DNA of 62,416 bases, counting the filler, from Hausera hauseri (taxonomy: Eukaryota): assembly GCA_046269625.1 (NCBI GenBank). It is 13 parts of 13 records of this genome, joined end to end, with 100 filler letters (N's around TTAATTAATTAA, not from the genome) between each part and the next. Parts side by side here need not be neighbours in the genome. Positions count along the whole stretch, not along the records: positions 44,031 to 48,020 come from JBJURY010836081.1; positions 48,121 to 53,848 come from JBJURY010198414.1; positions 53,949 to 58,132 come from JBJURY010714437.1; positions 58,233 to 62,416 come from JBJURY010714659.1; 9 more parts are not named here. The stretch is one strand, 5' to 3'. A model generated the notes under the pieces. It had not been told where the DNA came from and did no database searches. It was given only the letters and a program-made list of their open reading frames with translations. The position numbers and the translations under genes were made by a program. Shown here piece by piece: positions 46,836-61,300 of this stretch (within the stretch, counting starts at the first letter, position 1; each line of letters starts with the position of its first letter).

Positions 46836-48020
46836 TGTTGGGACCCGATTGTTAGTTGAGGAATCTGGCAAAAGTCCGATCAGAAATCGAAATTAGGGTA
46901 AAAAGAGGGTATGTGTGTATATAGAGTGTATGCGTGTATGTATAGGAATGGAAACGAATATGTTGGCATTATATATATTGTACATAATATTTGATGTTTA
47001 TTGTGTTAAGATTGTGTGTGAGATCCGGTTGAAAAAAGAGGAGTGTGATTAGAACATGTAAATATGAATGGAATGTGAAATAGAATTATGAATTATGTAA
47101 TCGTGACGCAACACCTGTAGACGTGCATGGAGTCGGGGAGAGGAGAAGCTGTGTATGGGTAATTATATACGTGTGTATCGATAATGTATATTCACATAGG
47201 TGGAGAAAGAAATGATGTAAATGGAAATTTATTGCAAATTGATCAGAATTATATAATAAAAAGAATTTAAAATTTAAAAATATTTTGAATTGGAGAGGAG
47301 ATTTCTGCTATGATTAATCCGCCAAACCAGAGCTGTATATGGTTATTAAAAATCAGTATCTGCAGATTCAATTCCAAACGAGAAGAGAGTGTTGAAAGTC
47401 TATGGAAACGGATAAAGAATCAATTTAGAATTGAGTTTCGTGCGACAATAATGAAGATATTCATTTTAATATCTGAACAATGGATGACTTGAAAATTATC
47501 TCACTCCACTGGTAGAGATTTCGTGATATGCTTCTTCTATGCTAGCAATGTAAACGACGCTGAGAAATGTTGAGGAATTGATGGGTGATTACAAACAGGT
47601 CGATGTATTATTGAAGTCTGGTGATAGATCCAGAGTCTGTAATGTTGAAACAACCTACCTTAGGGATTTAAGTGTGCCGACTGGACGACGAAACACATAT
47701 CACAAGATAAGTGGACAAAATTCATCAAAATTATTGCTCGAACAAAGACTGATCATTGAAAGTAAAGTGAATAACCCGGTTATTCGTTCGACCCAGATGT
47801 GTAATAAACACGAAAGTTCTCAATTTATCTTTCAGAAATGTTTCTATTATCTTCCTGGTGATCTCAGTAAAAATATTTCACTAAACTCAACCGTTTTGAA
47901 ACGCTCACTATGGAATCACCGATGAGTTTCGTTAATCTCGTTGGAAAATTCACTTCTCAGTGACTTTTCTACGATGACGCATAGATATTTGTAAGTTGTC
48001 GATGGTTGTTAGAGCAGACT
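46836..48020. mobile_element. Foreign insertion interrupting ATPase copy 2, possibly LTR-derived
   Basis: Homology to copy 1 stops abruptly at TGTTGGGACCCG; a candidate TG...CA unit spans 46836-47113. Confidence 0.35.
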
Positions 48021-48120
48021 NNNNNNNNNNNNNNNNNNNNNNNNNNNNNNNNNNNNNNNNNNNNTTAATTAATTAANNNNNNNNNNNNNNNNNNNNNNNN
48101 NNNNNNNNNNNNNNNNNNNN

Positions 48121-51100
48121 AACTCTTATTTCGCTCCAGCCACTTAAGCTTCTCATTACTGCATGATAAAGCGACTTTTGTATTGGTCACCATATATAGC
48201 TGGTGCTCAATCGATCGGATGATCGTTTGTGACACAACAGCCTTTTATTGTCCTTATTCTTCTTCATAGATACGGCGATAAGCACAGTAGTTTATTTCCG
48301 TCTGGGTCAATTGAACTCCTTTGGCGCGCATTTTCGGTTTAATATCAGTTAAAAGGCTATAACATTTTGGCCATAGAAATATCCATTTTCGATACTGAAC
48401 CCGACCTTCACTTTCATCCTTGAAGCAGCCTATTTTGTTGGTGATCGCGCTGCTGTACAACGGATTATCCGGTGGACAGTTGCACGTGACCAGTAATCCA
48501 TCTGACTGCATTTTCTGCAGTAGCAGTTGGCGATTGACTTTTTTCAGCCTCAGGAAAAAACTGTCTGTGTCACCGGCAATTATACTAATGTCACAGCCGT
48601 GAAACATTTGCCGGTAACGTACCAAATCACGATACTGTAGCTCATACATCCGCAACTTACTCAGGTCCAATACCACTTGTCCGATGTAAATTGACCGGTC
48701 CAGAACGACTCTTCTCTGTTTAAAGGCATGGAAACCAATCCATCGGCAATGTGCATTGACCGCCGAAACTGCGCCTTACTCGTGTATGTAACCAATTGCT
48801 TTATGCTATTGCATAGGCGTACATTGAGCAGCTTTTCAGATTCTCCACTGCTTTTCCATACAGGGAATTGTTTTCCAGCTTGTAGTAATCCTTTTCGAAC
48901 TTTGTGCAAGCTGCGGCTTGTTTTGCCGAATTTTCATCTATGTACGCCTTGAATATGGAAGCCTGAGCAAATCGGATTGCACGATGCAGCTGTGTGACGC
49001 GTACACCGAGCTGCATGTAGAACTGTAGCAGACGCCAATGGATCACGTAATTCAGCTTCGGTTCATGCGTCATAAGGAGTTTCTTCACCTTTGAGCCGCC
49101 GAGCGGACATTGGCTGATTGTTGCGAAAGGCAATTGGTCCAAAGCGTCATGTAACTTATCCGGTACCATGAGATCAACTTCCATCAGTTAGCCGAGTGAG
49201 CTGTTTTCTGCAGTGTCTGCTTTCGGTAAATTTTCCAATATTGCCTTCAGATCTTGCTTGTCCGTTAACCATTCAAATGAACAGTACGGCAAGGATTGCG
49301 AAAGCGCCCAGACGTATAGGTTATTAATGTCCATGTACAACAGTGATGTGGTGTTATCATCACTGGTTATGTAGTGCTTGTTGACAAATATCATGCCGCC
49401 ACGAATACCAACATCAAACAGTCGGCACATTTCTGGGTCCTGCGACAGTTCAATGTCCCGGTTCGGTGATATCATAGCCGATGCCCAACTCATTCCCGGT
49501 ATGGAGTAAAAGTTGAGAAGCTCCAGCCTATCTTCCGCCAACGCCTTAGTCCGAAATGTCTGAAACACATTGGCCAGCAAGTACGCGTCCAGTTTCAGAT
49601 ACTGGAGCATGTAATCCAATAGGCTTCTGCAGCCGAGCTCTGACCAAGATTCCTGTGCTCTGTTATATTCATCTTCTGTTATACTGGACCACCGCGGTGG
49701 CAATTCCGCTGTTGTCTGAAGCCGCTCGTACGATACAGTAAAGTCATACGGGAATATGCCTTTGCTACGTGCAATATGCATCGGAAACTGCGTTGATGTT
49801 AACAGCATATCTGGCAAGGCACTCACCAGCTTTGCTAGAGACTCATTGAGGAACTGTAATAAGTCAAGGAATCGCACATAGAACCGGTTTATGCGTGCCG
49901 ACAGAGACAGGTATTTCTCCGTCGTTGTTGGAATTATGGACAGTTCCCAGTGTGGAAATCCATTAATGCCCATTTCAGAATATGGTGACAATCATAACCC
50001 CCGTAGTTATGAAATATCACGAGCAAGAATGGCCGCACATGCAGTGCTAAATTGCATAATTTGCATGCTGCTCCCGGGTATCGTCCGGTAAAGTGGTCGA
50101 GATCAGGTACGAGCAGTTCCTTTTTATCGAATGCTAATATTTTGTGGCACAGATAGCATTTATCTGTGACTGCAAACGTAAGGCCTTCGTCTTTGTCTGT
50201 CCAGATCAAAGAACTAATGCTGTTGTTACTGTATCACGGTGCAATTTCCGCTTCTACTATTGCCTCCAACTGGTGCAGGAAATCACGTACACAGTTCCAT
50301 CCGTGCAAAACGTAATACTGCGGTTGTCCTGTGGTTTTTATTGGTACTAGCAACATACAGACGGCGATTGGAATGTGATTTTGGTCGCAAACGCTGTGCT
50401 GCGGTAGAATTACTTCAATATAGGCATAAGCCACATATGCCGGACTGTCCGTTTTTGACCAGTCACTGAATCTCAGCTACTTTTTGAGGGACATGACGTA
50501 CATTGTTGTTCCCGATACGTTTCGTCTGCATAGTGCCACGCGTTTTTCCCATGTCGCTTCTAATCTGAAGCCATGCAAACATATAGGGCACCATTTGCAG
50601 CGTATTTGTTTTTGGATGAACTGGTCATGGTCCATGTTAAGCAGTCTGTACAAATTTGTTACGGCCACGTAACGAAATTATTCTGCCTGCTCCAACTGCA
50701 ACAGATATATTTGCGTCCATTCGGGTTCGGACTTCGATAGATTATGTCAGTGTGAAGATTCTTGTAAATTTTCTCTTCTGCCGGTATCATTATTACTGAG
50801 TTGAGCCGGAAAACGTTCATTGACAGTGTCGGATTACGCCGTTCATAAACCGGAATGGTTTTGAGTTTCAACGGCATCCAGCTTTCATCAAAGTTCAATT
50901 GACAAAATACTGACGATATTGTTTTGAACGATTTGCACGATTTCTGGGCACTTCGTCATATTTAAACATGGCTAAAATACTTCAAAGAAAACAGTATTCG
51001 TCGCTATTATTTTCTACATTGACTACAATTTTAGAGTGCTTTAGCGTTGCAGGTGTCGGTATAAATGATCTTCCCGACAAGTAAATCATGCCACTCGACT

Positions 51101-52082
51101 ATGTAATGACAAAGCCGAGAGTGACAATGTTTACAATTCGCCATCCACTACCTTTTCCGTGTATTTGGAGATTTTCTCCTCGAACTTCTCGCCAATCTCA
51201 GCGATAAAATCCTCGGTATATGGTATAGCCCTATGTGGCAGGTACTATTGCAGTTGTAATGGTGTTGGAATTTGCCAACTCCAAATTCCAACAGGTTTCG
51301 CACAATGGATGGAACATGTCTCAATTGCGTTGTTGTTGTTGTTGTTGACGCTGACATGTTCACTTTTATATCCACGTACGATTTTTTCAGATCGTATATG
51401 ACAGTAATGCGTGGTGCCTCTCCGTCTTGCTCCTGTTCCTGCTGCTGCTACTCCTTCGGCTGTTCTTGATTTCTGTTGTTTTGCAAGTATTAGTCAAGAC
51501 TTGTTGATGCCTGACGTTTCCTACTTGTTGAGGGAATACTGCTGCTGCAGTTGCTTTTTGCTGCGTCCAATAATATTTGACTTTTTGACAGCTAAAACTG
51601 GTTTAAGTGGTCATGGTGCTGATTATATAATTGTTCACAGTTGACTTGATCATCAGCTATAGAACAACCGGGACATACTTAGGCCCGTTTACTGTACACC
51701 GTTGTGGTGCCATAGTATTGGTCCATTGCACTATGACAACAACCAACTTCAAGCACTTTATTAGTACAGTAACTTGGGTATGTGGGGCAATGCACAAAAA
51801 TCATCTTCTTGGATCGCGTGAACGGACCGACGTGATGCTTGTACATCTCATAAAAGTGGGCATACAGACATGTGTTTTGAATAAAACACATGGGACAGAG
51901 ATACGCGTCCTTGGCCACTGAATAATATTTGGCCATTTCTTTGTGGCATTGTCCACCCTCATGTATGCGGGCGACGCAATACATGGAGTATTGCGAACAT
52001 TTCTGAATGATAAACAAATTAAACTAAAAATAAATAAAAATGTATCAATTATAAATAAATGAATTTAATTACAATACACCAT
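48121..52082 (-). pseudogene. polB: Polinton pPolB, lineage B, copy B1 (C-terminus cut by the contig end)
   Basis: DHFTGRYPGAACKLCNL, IFHNYGGYDCHHI, SKGIFPYDF, YLKLDAYLL, YMDINNLY, NNSLYGKAVEN, AGDTDS, PKCYS, RAKGV. Confidence 0.95.
52003..52079 (-). other. 77-nt intron after the polB B1 ATG
   Basis: ATG|GTGTAT...T-rich...TTCAG|AAA TGT gives MKCSQYSMYCVARIHE. Confidence 0.7.
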
Positions 52083-52161
52083 AACTTATTCCCCTTACTG
52101 TAGTCTCAGACGTCGCCAAAATAGGCTATAAACTTTTATCAACATTACTACACTAAGTCAA

Positions 52162-52437
52162 ATGGAAGAGTATATTGAAAGTGAAATTCAGAGATTGACC
52201 AATGACATTTTGACCGGACATGTGTTTGATGTACAGTTTTTATGTGTGCTCACAGAAACGAGAATAATGAACAGGCGAGAGTATATTGAATTGATAGTCA
52301 GATCGCTTTTGGTAAAACGTATCGAGGATGAAATGAGACGAAAACAACAACAACGACAGTGGATTAGTTTCCTCATTGGACTTATATTTTCTGCTTCGCT
52401 TTGTATTGTAATGAAAAAGTTGATTGACCGTATTTAA
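52162..52437 (+). CDS. Small accessory protein with a C-terminal transmembrane helix, divergent from polB B1
   Basis: 91 aa ending WISFLIGLIFSASLCIVMKK; TATAAA at 52127-52132. Confidence 0.5.
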   Translation: MEEYIESEIQRLTNDILTGHVFDVQFLCVLTETRIMNRREYIELIVRSLLVKRIEDEMRRKQQQRQWISFLIGLIFSASLCIVMKKLIDRI

Positions 52438-53775
52438 TCACAAATATGTATTATTTTGCTATGTTTGTTTTCGTGAATCAGTATAATTTATTTGTTACAT
52501 TTCAGTATAAATACATGTGCTTCTTTACGGTTTGACATTACAACATATCCCATTTAACAGAACTCATTCGTTTATATCACTCGTACGACGGTCTCCAGAG
52601 TAACCTTTACAATCTTAATCGACCTTTACATGATGTGCGATACGGTTCGCCCGAATAAATACTACGGCGTGCTGAGAAGAATCGGAGGGCACGAGAACCT
52701 TATCTACGACATATAAAGCAGGTTGTTGGTGATATGGATACAATATTCGGCCAGATTTTTGCACGTATCAGAAATTGTCGTTTAATGACAATCCACATCA
52801 AATACGGTTTGTGAAAGATTTGGTCAAAGGTGATTCTAACATTCCAACGTGGCAGTCAGCAGATCGGATTTGTTTCAAGCAATATTACAATATAACTAAT
52901 TCCGATAGACTCGTTTATTCTGCTGCTGAATTGGTTAATGCTTGTTGTTTGTGTGCTGGTGGTGGTGATCCGACTTTATCATTAATGGAGACTCTTGTTT
53001 AGTTGCACTACTTAAATAGAAAATAAAAGATTTATATGGATGTAATTGTGCTTCCGTAAGTCAAACAACAACAACAATATACGAATAAAGATGTAGTTAT
53101 TTGACCAATTTAATTAACAACAAAACAGTGATCATGGGTAAAGTTACATAAAAGCAGCTAATAATCAATAATTCTACGATACATACACGCACGCGGAAGA
53201 GGGTCGATTGTTATGATGTAACAGAATATTCAAATATAATTACCGATCGTTAATGTCTATTTATAGACTTTCTGGACTACTTTATGTACACTGTACGACA
53301 GTGTATTGATTTTCTGCTTGGCTTTACTTACCTCGTGTATGCTTTTCTTCACAGATGCATGATTGACACAAAAAACAGGATTTCAGAAATATATAAATTT
53401 GAAAAATAATAAGACAAAAGCAAATAAGAATTGATAAAATAATTAATAATAATCATTATGCAATAAATGTAAACTTATGTTGTTTCTGGCCATCGACAGA
53501 AATACAAATAACTTTAATCTATCTATGAAGTACATGTATATTTCATTGTGGGCCATACATCTTAGCATTGTCTGACCATTCAATTCGTCGATAAACTTAA
53601 GTATTTGTGTGTGCATGTGCTAGCAATCTGTGTCACGTTATGTTTAATTTCTTTATTGTCAACACACACACTTCATCGCTGAGCGAACAAATCATGAGAA
53701 ATAATATGATATGTCACAACCATTTTCCTTGTGAGTAGTAGTACAAAATAAAATTAACACGAATTTTTACAAAAT

Positions 53776-53848
53776 GAACGAACGAACGAACGAACGAACG
53801 AACGAACGAACGAACGAACGAACGAACGAACGAACGAACGAACGAACG
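53776..53848. repeat. (GAAC)n microsatellite, about 18 units, running into the contig end
   Basis: Perfect tandem repeat. Confidence 0.97.
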
Positions 53849-53948
53849 NNNNNNNNNNNNNNNNNNNNNNNNNNNNNNNNNNNNNNNNNNNNTTAATTAA
53901 TTAANNNNNNNNNNNNNNNNNNNNNNNNNNNNNNNNNNNNNNNNNNNN

Positions 53949-56900
53949 AAGATTGGGAAGTGTATGCGCTAATCGACACAGGATCAGAAAAATCGTTTAT
54001 AAAATATGAATCGATACCAACCACATTGCGAGACCATCTATGTCCACCAGCATCATCGAACCCAGGCAGCGTAGAAGCATTTGGACAGGTGTCAAAGCCG
54101 AAATTTAAATGGACTCCTACCGTTTATATGATGGGCCAAGCACTTCCACATGAATTTGCAGTATGGACCAATTAACAGATGATGTAGTACTGGGTTGTGA
54201 CGTATTCAAACAGATACCAGGTATGGCAATCGATGTTCATAACGGAAAATTAATTGAGCTCAAACCAATAAAAGGGACAAAAGTAATAAAGGAAAGGAAA
54301 TCAGGAGAAGTATGGATTCCAGTAGATGAGGACATTCCGCCTAGAAATGAAATGATAATTTTTGCATAAATCCGTCAAGATGAAAATCTACCGGTATATT
54401 TCGAACCACAAGAGAATATTGATCCGAATCTCATGCTTAGTAATATTCTATGTAGAGTAGTGACGGGACGTATACCCATCAGATTAGTAAACAGTGCACC
54501 AACTTCTGTACGATTATACGCTAACACTTCTTTAGGTCACACTTGTAGAGTATCGGCGATAACAATTGAAGAGAAACCATACAAGTACGCTGAATTTCCG
54601 CATCATGTTGAAACCAAACTCTCTCCCAAAGCCTATTGCAAGTTTTACGAACTATTATGTAAGTATAGCTCAATAATTGCGCAAAATGAGGAAGACATAG
54701 GCAGAGCAAAAGCTCTGAGATTAACAATTCCATTAAGAAAGAAACCCGGCTCAAATGACGAGATCGATCTAGAAGAACAGAAAATGCCCAAGCGGTACCC
54801 GCCTCCTCATTTGTTGAGACCGGAGATAACTGAAGAAGTAGAGAGAATGTTGAAGGCCGACATAATTAGACCAAGCTACCGATCATGGTACTCGCTTATA
54901 CTGATGGTTAAGAAGAAAGGGACTACAAAACATAGGTTTTGTATAGATTATCGGGCATTGAACACGTTGATGATGAAAGACTCGTTCCCATTACCATCGG
55001 TAAAAGAAGCTCTAGATAGACTATCAGGAGCAAAATGGTTTACCACTCTCGACTTACAATCGGGATACTGGCAAGTAGAAATAGAAGAAGAAGATCGATA
55101 TAAAACAGCGTTTAAAATGATGACGGTGTATAAGAATTTAATGTTATGCCTTTCGGCATCACCACCGGACCAGCTATATTTACTAAAATGATGAATAAGA
55201 TGCTCATGGGACTTGATCATGCTTTCGCGTACTTAGACGACGTGATAGTAGCATCAAAAACAGAAGAAGAACATTTAAAGGACATTGAAGATACGTTTAT
55301 GCGATTAGAACAAGCCGGATTAAAATTAAATTTGAAGAAATGTAAATGGGCACAGAATGCAGTATCGTACCTCGGACACATAGTTAAAGAAGGAGGATCG
55401 AAACCAGACAAATCTCTACTAAATAAGATATCTGATTGTATGGAGCCGCAAAACCAAAAAGAGTTAAGGCATTGGTTGGGCCTATGTGGGTATTATGCCA
55501 CTTACGTACCAGACAACTCAAAAATTAATGCACCCTTATATCGTTTACTCAAAAAAGGAACTAAGTGGAGATGGACAGAAGTGGAACAAAAAGCATTCGA
55601 TGAAATGAAAAAAATTCTGACAAGCGAACCAGTTTTAAGGTATTCAGACTTTAACCTACCGTTCATCATTAAAACAGATGCGAGCAAAGAAGGCATAGGA
55701 TACGAATTAGCTTAAAAACGCGAAGACGAAGAATTAGAACATCCAATAGCCTATGGAGGACGCTCATTAAAGAAAGCAGAAAAGAATTATTCGGTTACCG
55801 AACTGGAAACATTGGCAGTTAAGGAAGCACTACTACGCTTTAATGTCTATGTTTACGGACAGAAGATTATAATAGTGACGGATCACAAAGCAGTTACAAC
55901 ATTAAAAGGACGAGCTAATAACCCAACATGCAGATTAAACCGTTTGATCGAGGAAATCTCACGATATAATATTGAATTTCAATAGAAACCGGGTAACAAG
56001 CACGTCGACGCAGATGCACTGTCAAGATTAAAAACAAAAACAAGTACGATCACTACATTAAAGAGACCACAACTTGAACAGCTGATTGAACGACAAAGAA
56101 CTCTAATATCGGACAAGACGATTAGAATTACAGCTGAACAGACTAAAGATACAGTTATTCAGCAAATTATCGAATTTGTACGAAACGACAAAATACCAAA
56201 AGGACGACAATTGAAAAAGCATCTACAGAAACACGGACATAAATATCATGTATCGGATCAAAATAATATTTTGTATTACGAGCGAAAAGGAAAAAGACTA
56301 ATAGTTATTCCAAAAGGATTGCGTGTCGAAGTACTTATGGCCGAACACGATTCATATTTAGCCGGACACATGTCTTGGAAGAAGACATTGGAAAGGATAC
56401 TAAATAAATACTATTGGCCAAGCATCTATATTGATGTAAAGAATGGGGTAGGAGCATGCGAAGTTTGTGCGACAAAACAGAAGAAAACAAAAGGTTACGT
56501 AGCAGAATTTAAACCAATAAACGTACCAGACAGGCCCATGCAAGCCATTACTATGGACATAGTAGGACCGTTACCAAAAACTCACAAGAATAACAGGTAT
56601 ATCATAACATGCGTGGATCGACTCACGCACTTTGTTGAATTGGTGGCACTATTAGATCAAAAGGCAGAAACTCGAGCCGACGCAGTAGTAAGAAAAATTA
56701 TTTGCAGATATGGACCACCAGAACAAATTTTAACGAATAGAGGAAGGAACTTTACGAGCGAACTATTTGAAAAGATTACTAAAATATTTGAAATCGAACG
56801 TTTAACTACTACCGCGTACCATCCACAATGTAATGGAATGGTCGAGCGGATGAACGCAACAGTTGTTCGTATATTTTCAACAGTAGTGGCAAAGGACCAA

Positions 56901-57400
56901 AAGGATTGGGATGCATTCTTAGAAGGAACACAATTCGCGATTAATACGACTCCACATCCAACAACAGGATTTACACCGTTTTTATGATGTATGGAAGAGA
57001 AGCAATCTTACCTACCAATCTAGGCATGACGCCGTATGAAAAGAACCTCGAGGATCTAGAACAAAACTTTGCCGAAGTTTTACAGACAAGATTACAGAAA
57101 TTTTGGGAAGTCGTGAAAACGTTATCATTGGAATACCAAGAACAATTTAAAAAACAATGTGATAAAAGATTAAACCTCATGATCTGTAAAAGTGAAATTG
57201 GGTTTATATACACTACCCAGTCGCAAAGAAAGGTACATCCTTGAAATTAACACGCACCGGAAGAGGACGCTATTAAATCAGCCGGACAACACCAACTACG
57301 GTTTATGTCAATAAAAATGGTAAAGAAGAAGTTGTATCAATTCAAAGAGTAGTTAAAACAGATATAAGGCCAGCTAAACATTACAATTTAAGGCCACGAG
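53949..57400 (+). mobile_element. pol: Third Ty3/gypsy family: pol (PR-RT-RH-IN), lightly decayed
   Basis: ALIDTGS, RFCIDYRALN, LDLQSGYWQV, AYLDDVIV, KTDAS, NYSVTELE, HDSYLAGH..CEVC, MDIVGPL, YHPQCNGMVER. Confidence 0.95.
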
Positions 57401-58132
57401 AAAACAAGACCTCGTCAGTTATCACCAGACCGATATCATATATTCAGATAATCCTAGCACTATCACTAATCGCCTCTTATATTCCAAAAACACAAGCTGG
57501 ATGGTGGCACGATGAATCCACATTAAAGAATGGATACAAAACGCAGAAGAATGAGATTGATAAAACAGAAAAGAAACCAATATTAGAAGAAACCCAAAGA
57601 CTAAAAGATATCACGTTATTACAATCAATCACAATTCAATATTATTCACCGAACTCTTCATGTGTTGGATTTACTATACAGAAAATATACTACGATTCTG
57701 GAAGATTTCAAATTGCCCTAGATGACATAATGACACAAGAAACAAGAAATTGTGATTTTGAACCTAGAGAGCGCACGCAATGTTGCAATACGGAATTTGG
57801 CCATACTTATAACCTCACCTATCTGCTGTATTTATCGAAATTATCTGAAATCTATGAAATGAAGCCGCAATATCAATTAGTTATTCCTGCTTGGAATAAG
57901 CATCATGGGATAAAATCTAACGAAATGCTCCAGTCCATTAACCCAGTAAAGCCAATGCTGGAAGAAAATATCGCCAGTATTTCAGAGAACCCCAAGGACA
58001 ATTGTGTTCAAGTAAAAACAAAAGGACGATTAATTAAGGGCCGAGTAATCTCAGTCCGGTTTCTGAACGGGCACATACAAGCTCATAATCAACAATACTG
58101 CCAAATCGACGTCAAACAACCAACAATATGTT
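57400..58132 (+). CDS. Env-like Cys-containing ORF with an internal signal sequence, in frame after the integrase; cut by the contig end
   Basis: HYNLRPR..ISYIQIILALSLIASYIPKTQA|GWW...C..C..CC..C..C..C; no stop from 57277 to 58132. Confidence 0.6.
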
Positions 58133-58319
58133 NNNNNNNNNNNNNNNNNNNNNNNNNNNNNNNNNNNNNNNNNNNNTTAATTAATTAANNNNNNNNNNNN
58201 NNNNNNNNNNNNNNNNNNNNNNNNNNNNNNNNCACATTAAGTTCAGTACATAAATGTATATAGATAAATTAAATGATAATAAAACAGAAGGCAAAACAAC
58301 ACAATGAAATGTCACAGTA

Positions 58320-61300
58320 AATGGGTCACTTTGATCTGTCTATATCATCAGCACCGAATTCATGCGTGTGCGTGCTTTATTCCGAACGCCAATGTCCGCA
58401 CGCCCAACGCTTGTTTCGCCCCCCCCCACATACGCTTAGCATCATTGCATGATAAAGCGACATTTGTATTGGTCACCGTATACAGCTGGTGCTCAATCGA
58501 TCGGATGATCGTTTAAGATACAACAGCCTTTGATTGTCCTGCGTCTCTTCCTTCATAGATACTGCAATAATCACCGTAGTTTATTTTCGTCTGGGCCAAC
58601 TGAACTCCTTTGGTGCGAATTTTCAGCGCACCATCAGTTTAAAGGCTATAACAATTTAGCCGTAGAAATATCCATTCCCGATACTGAACCCGACCTTCAC
58701 TTTCATCCTTAGAGCAGCCAATTTTGTTCGTGATAGCGTTGCTGTACAATGGACGATTCTGCGGGTAATTGGACGTATCCAATAATCCATCTGCCATAAT
58801 TTGCCGCAGTAGTTGTTCGCGATTGACGTTTTCCAGTTCCAAGTAAAAACTATCTGTGCCACCGGCAATCATATTGGTCCTGCATCCGCCGCCGTCGCCA
58901 AACATTTGCCGGTAACATGCCAAATCGCTATACTGCAGCCCATACATCCGCAACTTGATCAGATCCAATACCACTTGTCCTATATAATGTGGCCGGTCCA
59001 GTACGACTTCTTCCCTGTGTAAAAGCACGACAACTAATCCATCAGCAATGTGCATTGATCGCCTGAACTGCGCCTTGCTCGTGTACGTGACCAACCGCTT
59101 TTCGCTATTGCACAGGCGTACACTGAGCCGCTTTTTAAGATTCTCTACTGTTTTTTCGTAGAGCGAATTGTTTTTCAGTCTTTTCAAACTTCGTACAAGC
59201 TGAAGCTCGCTTTTCCGAATTCCGAATGATATACGACTTGAATATCGGAGCCTGTGCGAATCGGATTGCGCGACGCGTATACCAAACTGCATGTAAAATT
59301 GCAACAGACGCCAATGAACAATATAGTTTTGTTTATGTTCATGCAACATAAGCAGCTTCTTCACCTTCGAGCCTGGTAAACATTGGCTGATTGGTGCGAT
59401 CGGCCGTTCATCCAGAAAGTCATGCAACTCATTTGAAACCACGAGGTCAACTTCCATCAGGTATCCGATTGAGCTATTTTCTGCCGTGTTTGCTCTCGGC
59501 ACATTTTCCAGTATTGCGTCCAGGTCCTGTTTGTCGACTACCCATTCGAATGAACCGTACGGCAATAGTTGTGAAAGTGCCCAGTCGTACAGATTATTAA
59601 TGTCGATATACAACAGTGATGTGGTATCATCACTGGTTACGTGATGCGTGTTGACAAATATCATGCCGCCACGAATACCAACATCAAACATTCGGTACAT
59701 TTCCGGATCTTGCGATAGCTCGATATCCCCATCCAGTGACATCAGAGCTGATGCCCAACTCATTCCGGGTATTGAGTAAAAGTTGAGTGGCTCCAGCCAA
59801 TCTTCTACCAATTCTTTACCTCGAAATGTCTGAAGCACATCGGCTAACAGGTACACATCCAATTTCAGATAGTGAAGCATGTCCTCCAACAGGTTTATGC
59901 AGCCGAGCTGTGACAAAAATGACTATGCTTTGTGATATTCTTCTTCTGTAATACCGGGCTATTGCGGTGGTAATTCATCTGTCGTCTGGAGCCGCTCGTA
60001 CGATATCACAAAGTCATACGGGAATATGCCTTTGCTACGCGCAATATGTACAGAGAACTGAGTCATTGTTAGCGGCACATCTGGCAAGGCACTCACCAGC
60101 TTTGCTAGAGATTCATTGAGAAATTGCAATGAATCGAGGAATGGTATTTGGAACCGGTTTATACAAGCAGACAGTGGCAGATATTTCTCCATCGTAGTCG
60201 GAATTATGGATAATTCCCAGTGCGGAAATCCGTTTATTGCCCATTTAAAAATATGGTGGCAATCATAACCCCTGAAGTTATGAAAAACCACCGGTAGGAA
60301 TGGCCGCACTCGCCTTGCCAAATGGAATGATTACATGCGGCTCCGAGATATCGACCGGTAAAATGATCGTAATCCGGTACGAGCCGGTCCTGTGCATCAA
60401 ACGGTAATATTTTGTGGCACAGGTAACATTCACCTGTGACTGTAAATGTCAGGAGTTCATCTTCATCAGTCCAGATCAGAGGTTTGGTGCTATTATCGCA
60501 ATACAACGGTGCGATTTCCGTTTTCACTATGTTTGCAACTGCTGCAAGAAATCGCTTTTATTGGGACAACCAACATATCGACGGAAATTGGAACATGTTT
60601 TCGGTCATATATGTTGTGCCGTGGTAAGATAGCTTCGATATCGGCATATACTACATATGCTGGATTACCTGTTTTTCAGCAATCAGTGAATCTGAGTTCC
60701 TTTTTGACGGGAATGACATACATTGTGGTTCCCGACGAATTTTGTCTGCACAGAGTCACATGTTTCTCCAATGTTGTTTCTGATCTGAATCCACGCAGAT
60801 ATACAGGATACCATTTACACTGTATCCGTTTTTTGAAGTGGTCATGTTCCATGTTCAGCAGTCTGTCCAGATTTGTCACTGCAACGTAATGATACTTTTC
60901 CTTTAGCTCCAATAGCAACAAATTTATTGAACGGCCATTTGGGTTTCGACTATGATAGATTATATCCACATGGGTATTCTTATAGATTTCTTCATCTATC
61001 GATATTTCAACTATTGAGTTGTACCGGAAAACGTTGACTGACAGCGTCAGATTACGCAGTTCGAAGGCCGGTATGGTTTTTAGTTTCATCGGCATCCAGC
61101 TTTCATCGAAATCCAAGTCGGAAAAATACTGTCGATACTGATTTGGACGATTAGCATGTTTTCTGCCATCGTTTTCATATTTTAATACCGCCAGAATACT
61201 GTAAAGAAAACAATATTCATCGTTAATATTTTTTACATTTACTACCGCCACAGACTGCTTCAGAGCTGCAGGTGTCGGTATGAATGATCATCCAAAAGAA

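Noticed and set aside
53733-53742. AGTAGTAGTA resembling a Polinton terminal motif
   Set aside because: Wrong orientation for the end of the element to its left, no TIR partner, and short enough to occur by chance
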